A program made the translations under genes and the position numbers. This document shows positions 11,544 through 21,200 of a stretch of 64,000 nt of DNA, one piece after another; position 1 is the stretch's first letter, and every line of letters begins with the position of its first letter. The stretch is from Callorhinchus milii (taxonomy: Eukaryota): NCBI RefSeq assembly GCF_018977255.1, contig NW_024704742.1, forward strand, positions 37,820,001 through 37,884,000, read 5' to 3'. The notes below the pieces were generated by a model. That model worked only from the letters and a program-made list of their open reading frames with translations, had not been told where the DNA came from and did not search any database.

Positions 11544-12018
11544 CTGCAGGGACCTGCGCTGCAGGGACCTGCGCTGCAGGGACCTGCCCTACATCCTCCC
11601 ATCACAGCATCAAGCTAATTCTAAATATATCCAATATATCAAGCAGGAAGTACATCATCCAACCCCAGGAACTCTAAATTTAGAGTAGAGTTCCAACAGA
11701 TATCTACGATTATCATAGATATACCTTTGGTCACTGGAAAGAGTTCCCACTTTATTTCCTAAAACTAGTTTGTCCTAAAAATATAATAAATTTGAACTTG
11801 TAAAAAATATATAGGGATGGAAATGTTTTCATACCATAAATAATCGCCCAAATAATTGTTGCATTTGATATAGTGGTTAGAACACTGAAACATCTCAAAG
11901 CACTTCACATATAATTGCTGTCAAATGTAATGACTGTATATTTGTAAATAGTTGCAACATCTTTCTGACACAGAGACAAGATTGCTACCAACTGAGCTCA
12001 GCTGACAAATAATAAATA

Positions 12019-12570
12019 TTATTATTAATAATAATAATGCCTGCCCTGCCGGGGCCTGCCCTGCCGGGACCTGCCCTGTTTCAGTGGCCTGCAGAGTTCG
12101 GCGATGTTACGGAGGTGAGGGAAGGCAGAGCGGGTCATGGCTTGAATGTGGGGAAGAAGAGAGTTGAGGGTCGAACAAGACACCCAGGTTCCTGACTGGC
12201 TGGTGAGTTGTAGTGTGCAACCATGGAGGTTGATGCTGCCAGAGCCTGAGGTGCTGAGGTGCTGGCGCGAACCAATCAGGAGGGCCTCAGTCTTGTTCAC
12301 ATTCAACTGTAGGAAATTTACCCTCATCCAGGACTTGATGTTCGACAGACAGTCTGTCAGGACAGCAGTGGTCCTGGAGTTGAGGGTGGAGGCAGAAAGA
12401 TAGAGTTGGGTGTCATCCGCATACACGTGGAAGTTGACCCCATGTCTGCGGATGATGTCACCAAGGGGGAGCATGTTGATATTTAAGAGGAGAGGGCCAA
12501 GGACAGAGCCCTGGGGGACGCCAGACGTGACAGTGCGGGGGCTGGAGGAGAAACCGTTAGAGGCAACAAA
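12019..12570 (-). mobile_element. L2-clade LINE reverse transcriptase fragment, joined to an (ATT)n tail through a GC-rich 15-bp repeat (12039-12078)
   Basis: Minus strand encodes [13 protein letters not shown] and [27 protein letters not shown]...[23 protein letters not shown] (RT YADD motif, L2-type context), with frameshifts. Confidence 0.9.
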
Positions 12571-12819
12571 GACATGTTCAGACGAAGAAGGTCCTTCAGC
12601 CCATTTGATCTCACCCTTTCAGAATACTCACCTGACTGTTTTCCATTCACTTTACAGTATGATTGTGAAGTGCTTTGATACGTCTCAATGACGTAATAAG
12701 GCTCTATATCAAATGGAAGGATTATTATTATTTAGGTACAGACAACGATAATCCTTGCATTTGATACAGCACCTGATCATGTCTTCTCGATGCCTGAAAG
12801 CGCTTCACAGAACGTGCTG

Positions 12820-13900
12820 CAAAGCCAATCGAACCGATATTTCGCGGGCGAAATGAAACCCGGCAGCCCTCGGCGCGCAGCGAGCGGCGGCTCTCGAAGC
12901 GACCGAATTATCGTCGCCGACGTCCTCGAAGGGACCACTCGACGAGCACCTGGGCAGCCCAAATCCACCCCCGGAACGAGAAAAAAAAAAGACCCGCGCT
13001 CGCTCGTCGACCGAGAAAGGCGTTCGGTGCGAGACGAGCGCAGCCTGTGGGGTTGTCCTTTTTTTTTCGGTGGGTGGGTGGGTGGGGGTGACTCAGAAAT
13101 TGCAAATTTCTCCCCCCCCCCACCACCCCACAAAAAAAAAGGGACTGTGATGACCTGGCCTGAGCCGGCTACCTGCCACTTTGGCTGCAGATGGGAAGCA
13201 GGTGGAGAGGGCAGTGTTGGGGGGTTGGGCTGCAGTTGGAGCTGTGAGTGGTTGGGTTTGGGGTTGGGTTTGGGGGTGGAGGCGGCGGCTCTACACACAC
13301 AGCGCAGCAGCAGCAGCAGAAGGCGCAGCCACCACAGCCCGCAATGGCAGCGGAGTCTCGCAGCGGAGAGCCGGGCGTGTTGCTGGAGGAGCTCCTGGCC
13401 ATGGCCGCGGCCGGCGGCGTGTGGGCAGCCCTGTCCCTGGGAGTCCTGGTGGCTCTGGCCACTTGGGGCTGGTTCAAGGCGAGCAGGAAGGGCAGCGGCC
13501 CGAGCAGCCCCGACCTTCCCAGCCAGAGCGGCGCTGCGGCCACGGTCACCGCAGGTCAGGGATGGGATGGGAGGGGGGGGGTTTCGGGGGGTGTCAGCGG
13601 GTTTTACTGGTGAAACCTAATTTAAAAAAAATCAATTGGGTTTGTCTGGTTTTTGTTTGGCTGACTTTTCTCAGGGGTTGGGTGGGTGGTGTGGGGGGTG
13701 GCGGTCGGTACCGATAATCCCTGATAATAATAATAATATTGTTATCAATAAATTGAATGTTAATAATAATTCGGTCACTTGGATTTCTTCGGCCGCTGTT
13801 TGTGGGACGCTGCTGCGCGAGCCACTGGCCGCCGTGTTTCGCCCCCTCAAAGTACGCGGTCAGCTCACGCGACGGTGCGTTCTGTGAGGCGCTTCGAGAC
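12820..13900. promoter_or_regulatory. CpG island / promoter region of STBD1
   Basis: Sharp rise in GC and CpG content around the first coding exon, against an AT-rich CpG-poor background. Confidence 0.7.
13344..13554 (+). CDS. STBD1: STBD1 coding exon 1
   Basis: gcaATGG start context; ends GCAG|gtcagg, phase 1. The downstream ATG (MAAAGG) is an alternative start. Confidence 0.8.
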
Positions 13901-16193
13901 GGCTTAATGATGTGATGTCAAATGCAAGAATTATTATTATTATTATTATTAATATCATTATTGGGGCTGTGCTCCCACTTGTCCTGAAGTAACCTTTCCC
14001 TCCACACCGCCAATGTTTCAATTGAATTCAAGAATCAATTAGTTCTTTTATTTGTAGAACACATTTTTTATGCGACTGTGCTTGTTCAGCTCCTGTCACG
14101 TCGGGAGGACTTTTATTTGCACCACAAATGTCTAATTTTATCTGGTTGTTTCCTACAGCCTTCTTTTAAGTTTTTTTTGTGACCAGGTATGTATATTGTA
14201 CAATTTGGAGTTATTCTCAAGGTTTGGTGTTTAAAAACTAATCTGAACGAAGTGATTCTTCAATCAGATTGCTCAAGGGTGCCATTGAATGAATTGGCAA
14301 TGTGTATCCTGCTTTGTTACAATTTAGCCTACAATTTCTATACAGAAAGTTCAGTGATTTTACTGATACGAGAATATATCTCCCTCTCATCAAATGTTCT
14401 TCAGAATATTTGGGTTGATCTGGAGCTCTTTGAATTGCCCCCCAATTGAGCCCAAAGTTTACTCTTAATTTCTGCATTTTGGGCACTGTTAATAGTGTGA
14501 TCTAGATATGTAAGAGTACAAATTGAGCAAAGCCTGAATCCCGATTGAACTTTGAGATTACCTTGCATACACAGCATGCACTTTTCCAGTTATCAGTAAC
14601 CTTTTGGTATTTTGGGCTGTTTTTCTGCGATGGAAAGTTGGAAACCTTTACATTGACGTGAAAAGGTGCCACATCAAATGTTGTTATTATTGGCAGTTGC
14701 ACATTGTTTTATTTAGAATTGTAAGTGCTGCCCTAATGGCTTCACCTTGGGTTTAGATGAACTGACTATTGTACAGTATTTTGCTCCCAAGTTTCCAGAA
14801 GGTCATGTCCTGCACTGGAAGGGATTACATTATCTGCACATGTTGAACTGATCTATGTTTAGTTAATGATTGAGGATTTGTACATCTGATTCACAACTGC
14901 AGTGGAGTGGGTGGGGGGCAGTCAAACCAAAGTAAGCCCTAAGGTAGATCTTGCTGCCAAGAAAATAACAGCTGTGTCTCCATTTCCACTGAAGAGAATT
15001 GTGGTGAAATTTCTCGCAACTTCATTTTTCTGTAGTCTAATCATTTTTGGCAATTTAAAAAAATTAAGTTACATCTTATTTTTATAGTTTGCTTAAGTAT
15101 CCTGGGAATAGAGTTCCATTCCAGTCCACGTAAATGGATTTTCAGAGTAATTTGGAAATGACTAGCTGTAGTTTATCCTTGTTCAGGCAGTGGTCACAAT
15201 GTTTCCATCTGCTAACAATTTGACAGAACAAAGCAAAATTTGAGAATTTAAAAATTCATTCTATTTCCTACAGATGAAAAAGGGGGTGATCTAACCAAAG
15301 TGAATGAACTGGGAGCCAGTGTACCAGAGTCTCCAGTCAAAGCTGTTTCTTCATGTCTGGATGATATTTCGGACATCCGTGAAATAACTGGGAATTGCAG
15401 TGACAATCTTGTTCCTGTAATATCCAATGAGGACCTGTGCGATAGTGAACAGGTTTGTATCCCTCTGTCTGAAGATGATCCGAAGCAGTCTCAGCCTTTC
15501 AAGAATTTTATGACCAACTCATCCAGTATTGGGAAAGATCCTAACCATTGCATTGGAACCACTGAACAGAATTCTAAGGAAGAAGGGAATTATGAAAACA
15601 AAAATCAAACTGAACATTGTCAAAAGCTACATGAGTGTTCTGTTTTAAAGGATGAAGATTTAGACCATAAATATCAGTCTGAATCAGGATGTCTAAGTAA
15701 TGAAACGTTCGATATTGATAACAGCAACGATAACAATTCTGACCTACCTAAAGAGCCTACACTTCTAACTGAAATGACTAAAGATGATGAAGAATGGGAA
15801 ATCTTAGAAGAGCCGAACACCTTGGAGGTGGAAACCAAAGTAAGCCCTGAGATAGATCATGCTGCCAAGAAAATAGCAGCTGTGTCTCCATTGCCACTGA
15901 AGATCATTGTGGTGAAATTTCAAGTACACTACGTGACTGAATTGGAATCTCAAATTCTTGCAGTGATGGGAAACCATGAGCATTTGGGTCAGTGGGAAAA
16001 TTATGTGCCCCTGAAACCAGGCAAGGATGGCTTCTGGTCTGGTTCTGTTCTGCTCCCAATGAATTCCAAGATTGAGTGGAAGTTTGTTATGGTGGAAAAT
16101 GGAAAAGTCAGGCGATGGGAGGAATGCTTGAACAGATGTCTGGAGACTAGCCATGAAGATATAGCTGTACATCGTTGTTGGGGTTTCCAATAA
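13344..16193 (+). CDS. STBD1: Starch-binding domain-containing protein 1 (glycophagy receptor), join(13344..13554,15274..16193), 376 aa
   Basis: N-terminal hydrophobic anchor (VWAALSLGVLVALATWGWF), phase-1 GT-AG intron, LIR/AIM motif DEEWEIL, C-terminal CBM20 (VKFQVHYVT...VMGNHEHLGQWENYVPL...IEWKFVMVENGKVRRWEECLNR). Two-exon structure and adjacency to CCDC158 match the known vertebrate locus. Confidence 0.95.
14924..15013 (+). repeat. 90-bp diverged intronic copy of STBD1 exon 2 segment 15832-15921
   Basis: Translates TKVSPKVDLAAKKITAVSPFPLKRIVVKF versus TKVSPEIDHAAKKIAAVSPLPLKIIVVKF, with no indels. Confidence 0.9.
15274..16193 (+). CDS. STBD1: STBD1 coding exon 2 (LIR + CBM20)
   Basis: Acceptor ctatttcctacag|AT, in frame with ORF 15300-16193. 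Confidence 0.95.
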
Positions 16194-18207
16194 ATAAATA
16201 GGGTCTGACTGGCAGAATATAGCTGCACCAATCTATCACTAAAACTTGATGTGTACTCTACTACAGTGTTCAGTTTATGTTTATGGACTGATTCTACTCA
16301 AAAGGGGAACTAAACTAATAGTAAAATGACTTCAATTTATGGCGTATTTCGCCCTTGTGGGTTGTTGGGACTCTATCCTCTGTCTTACTAAAGACTGGAG
16401 CCAAGTATCTCTTCAAAAATAACACAGGAGTAGCAATCCTCTCCTCCCAGAAGTTGCCCATGGTATCACAGAAAGCACAGAATGTACTGTATCAGAGCTG
16501 AGAAATTTCTTCCCAATATCCTTTTGCAAGTGGCAAATAATGAATTATTACATCGACACTTTTTTTAATCCCGGATTAGTGAATCTGAGTAGAATGGGTG
16601 CAAAATGGTTTTAATATAAATCTCATTTTGGATTTGAATGTATGACATTTGCTGTCATTGGTGTTCCAATAACTTAGAAGTGTTTCCAATTCTGGTTTAA
16701 TTGAGGGAGTACAAAGATAGACCTACTATTGATTTCTTACTCCCAAGCTGTCCAAGTCTTATTTAATCTATTCAAACGAGATTCGTTCCCACAGTGCAGG
16801 TTGGGAAGAGTTTCCAGGCAATACCATCTTGTGATGTGGTTTTGTAATCTACTGGTGCCTTAAAACTTATCAATTTAATTGTCTGTCTCTAGTTTGAACG
16901 TGCTGTCACAAACGAATGTATTAAAGCACTTTAATTTTGTACAGAACACATCATACTTGGGAGTTAGCTCACCCTCCTTTGCACTGGTGGTGGTTCAGTA
17001 AAATTGTGGCGAATTTGAAGCCTTCTTCAAATTTTAACAGTTCATTATGACCAACTATTTTAAGTAGCTTATTTTTTTAAAAAAAATAGGTCACTCTATA
17101 AATCCAGAATGGTAGACTTCGAAGCAAGTACTACAGCAAGCAAATCATCTTCCACTAAGTAAATGATCAGGACTTGTTTTCTGACTGGCCAATTATCTCC
17201 AGAATGGTTAATAGCTAACTGAAGGATGGGGACGAATACCAGATTATTGCTTCTGATCTGAACAAATATGCAACCAGCATATTGTCTCAATGAAACCAAA
17301 TAGAAATCTTTTGGAGATTATTTTTTTCCCTCCCACCACTTCTGTTACAAAAGTGATTATTCTAATTTCAAATGACTATCTTCAAAATGGAAACCTGTAT
17401 AAAATATGAATATCCTATTTGGAATCTTCAGTAGCAAATACTGGATGACGTTTCTATATTGACTCATTAACCACCCATTTGAACTATTATAGTTTTGAAC
17501 ACGTTTGTAGGGATAAGCGGGGTCTCCTTGGAGTTGAACTGGCTCCAAGGTGATGTGCCTGGCGAATTGAGCCAGGCCTCTGTGGCAGTCTCTGTAGTCC
17601 GATTCTGGAGCCAGGAAGATCTGCAGTATTCCAGGGCACTGCTAATGACGGCACAGCCAGCCTGGTTCATTGGCAGGATCTGGAAGGGCAGACCAGTCAC
17701 TGGGGGTAGAGAGCCATCCACTCAGCTCCTGATAATCCTACAAGCCAAAGCCCTAATGGGTAGGTTGGTATTAGATGGACAAACAGCAGGAAAGCTTGCC
17801 GGACAGCAATATCAATGGCAGGCTTTGCAGTTTTAGCTGGTTAGACTCCCAACAGCCCAATGTACACTGGAGTCCCCAAGCATTAGCTCTTGTCAACCTG
17901 AACCTAATTCTTTCTGGAATTAGGTAAGCAGGATGTATTCCTCTAGGGAGAGAGTGTGCATTTCAACAATGTATCCCAGGGATTTCCATGTGTAGGTGGG
18001 ATGCATGGAATTCTCAGTTTGGTTTGGATACTCTTAAGCACGGTAATGGGTTTCCACGTGTGTCAGACACCCACCCCCAACAAATCACAGGGACTATATT
18101 GCAGCAGCAGCAGATTTTATTGACGCTTTGCACCAAGAGTCCAACATCATGCACAGTAAGTGGGGGGGGGGGGGAGGAGAGAAAGCGGGAGGAAACAAAC
18201 TTGCACT

Positions 18208-18284
18208 TCACTTCTTCAGCATTTTTTCTCTGTCTTTTACTCTCTTTATCCTCTTTTCCTGACTTCTGATCATGGAGGACATTT
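18208..18284 (-). CDS. CCDC158: CCDC158 last coding exon ([25 protein letters not shown])
   Basis: Resembles human AMSSMIRNQEKRIQKVKDQEKMLLK; TGA at 18208-18210. Confidence 0.93.
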
Positions 18285-21200
18285 CTGTAAAAGCCCAAGA
18301 TTTAAAATAAAAAGCATTCTGTAGCTATGAGTTGATGTTTTAAAGTTGTCCCATGTATTACAAATTTAAATAAAATTTGAATGTTGTTAAACCACAAGTT
18401 AATGTTTTTAAGGCTTAAAATGTGTTACTGTACCATGATTCTTCAGCTGAAGATCTTCCACTAGATTCTGCAGGCCATCCAGTTTACTCTGCAGTTTCTT
18501 ACAGGTATGTCCTGTAACTCCCACCTGGTTCGGAGCTGACAGCAGAAATAACCAATTAGCAATTCTTTTCTCAAGTCTCTTCCTCTCTCCCCTCCTCCAT
18601 AGTAATATTGCAGTTGGTAACCCATTCAAATTTGTACTTCTTTATAGCTGCATCCTTCTGGAGCACTTGATTAAAGGTTATTAAGGGGCACGACAGAATA
18701 GATAATGGGAGACTTTTTTTCCTGGTTGGAGAAACTATAACCGGGGGTCACAGTCTTTTGCACTGAGTTGAGAAAAAACTTCTTCACTCAGCGGGTAGTG
18801 AATTTATGGTATTCTCTACCCCAAAGGGCTGTAGGTGCTGAGTCCTTGAACATATTCAAGACTGAGATTGATAGATTTCTTGTGGATTAAAGGATATGGG
18901 GATAAGGCGGGTAGGTGGAGTTAGAATAGATCAGCCATGATTTTATTGAATGGTGGGGCAGGCTCGAGATGCCGAATAGCCTACTCCTAATTCTTACGTT
19001 CTTTATGTTACACGGTTGGAGGTGAAGCAGAAACTGAGAAATAACACTCTAAATTTACATTAAAGTAATTCATTTGGCTTAATTTTTTAACTGACTGAGG
19101 TCGTTTGTGTACTAGAAAATATCTAACCAATTTAATAAGTGGCTTACAGATCAAGTGGTAATGGCATCTTTTGTTTTGAAGCAAAACCAAATGATTTTAT
19201 GAAATCAAGTGCTTGAGCTATTGGGATACAGTTTTCTGGATCCAAAAACATGTGAAGACAGCTTTTGTCTTGACAGCTGTGCGAAGAGGGATGAAGTGAG
19301 ATGCACATTCAGAAGGTGGCATGTAGACAGTTTCAAGCCTAACTACTTTGTACTAAGTATGAGTTTAGTATGTGGAAGACTGCAATGGGCAATAATATTG
19401 ATCACTTTCAATAGGGAACTACATTATATAATTGAACAACCCTGTTTTTGAAAGTGGGATTGCCCCAGACAGATGATGTACACTCGTATCACATCTTCCA
19501 AACCAAAGGCTGGGCTTGTCAACCAGGAGCCTGAGCTGGGGAATGCAGTTAGTCTGGTTTTGAGACCTTTTAAAGAACTTGGACCCCTCCTTTCCTGGTA
19601 CAAATTAAATTTGGAAAAAAAANCTAGGTGAGGGTGTTTCTCTCAACCTGGTCACACATGGAAAACTGCTCACTTCATGGAGCAGTTGAACAAGATTTGT
19701 CTGGCGGTAGAAAAGAATAGTCAAAATATCTAAGGAATCCATTGCAGTGTTCTGACCAACAATTTCCTCTTCTGCTTGATGTCCTGATGTGAAAGGCACA
19801 ATTTCAAATGTAATTCTGTGAGGGCAATAAGGCACTTTTAAAATGACCGAGGATCAGATAGTTAATCATAATGCTGCACTTTGGTCATTTTATGACCCAA
19901 ATGTTCTCAATCCAGTACACACACCAAACAATTTGCTTGCAAAGTAACTTTCTTCCCATTGGCAGGAATATTTCAGGTAGGTTAGCTGGTGAGTGCAAAA
20001 GAACCTGGACTTTATATTTTATTGTCATCTTTAAATTGCTTTACAGATAAGTCATTGAAGGAATATGTGAAAACCATTATGCCACCAAATGTATGACGTG
20101 AATGAAATCAAGGATTTGACCCACTCAGCTTGAAACTTTGATTGAGCTTGTTTAAAATGACTACTGCCTGAATGAATTCTTTTTAATTCTCGGGTAGCTC
20201 TGAGACATTACCCTGTGTCAGGAGTGCTATATAACTGCTAATTGTTACTGTTTTTAGTAAGAAGGATTGAGTGATTTTTTTTNAATAAAACATGTCTGGC
20301 CAGGTCAATCCAATTTACTGGTGGTGCCTGACTAGTCTGTTTAGTTAATGAGAATTGGTCAGCTATTTAAGTTATCAGTCCTGCAAACTCAAAAGCCTTA
20401 ACTAGTAGGGCAGAGTGCTTCATACAATTAAATTGTGACAGAAAATTGCTATCTTGACAATGAATAAGTAAAGGATCTGCAGTTCTCTACCTGGCTTGTC
20501 AGCTATATCTTATCTTATACCAATAAAACGACAATGTTTGTCTGTCTGCGCTTCAAGAAGAATCTCAATAATCGATTAACGTAAGGACATGATTTATACC
20601 TCATCGGAAAGCTCTTGCATCTGGGAGTGACATGCGCATATTCCTTTTCAGGTATCTCGTATCGTTTATGAGTTATGACCTAAAATGTATCTCAGTTTTT
20701 GCATTTTTTGCTGCAATCACACCTGATGGCTGCTGAGCCAGAGAAAAGGATCGTTGTAGCATCGCTCAGTTACATCTGCTAACCTTGCCGGTTGCCCGTG
20801 GCGCTGCGATACAGAGCATACACGTAACCAAGCGGCGGCAGGAACAAATTAACACAGACAAAGCTAAGCCTCAGCAACAACAACAAAATTACATTTTTAA
20901 AGCACCTTTCACGTCAGGAGGATGTCTTAGTGATTATAAATTATACATTTATATTTACCATTATATAAAGATACCTAAGTGAAAATCAGATCATTCAAGG
21001 ATAAGTAAAAATCCTCGACAAAAGAGTGAAGGCCCATTAAATGAAACTGAAGAACAAAGAACAGCACGGCACTTCAAAATGAGTCCTCCCACAGGAGACC
21101 TCCCAGATTAGTATAGATAATCTGCATTCCATATTGGATCCTCTGGTTGGAAATATAGCTGCAATGGGTACAGCTAGCTTGATTACAGTAGAAGATGATG

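Larger units (their letters stand above)
1..12018. repeat. Head-to-tail tandem array of ~2.8-kb units (<1-2402, 2403-6201, 6202-9158, 9159-12018), continuing off the left edge
   Basis: Identical ORFs recur at 571/4370/7327/10188 and position 1 matches position 2878. Period differences (2877, 3799, 2957, 2861) are accounted for by copy number of the internal 16-bp minisatellite. Similarity ends at 12018 at an (AAT)n tail. Confidence 0.97.

Noticed and set aside
1-12018. Whole array as a pure assembly artefact
   Set aside because: Not excluded without reads, but unit-specific minisatellite lengths, variant blocks and edge SNPs argue for real copies, and the chimeric structure of a single unit is unaffected either way.
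12777-13717. Several 120-276 aa ORFs over the STBD1 CpG island
   Set aside because: Expected in GC-rich DNA; only the frame 13344-13554 splices to the CBM20 exon.
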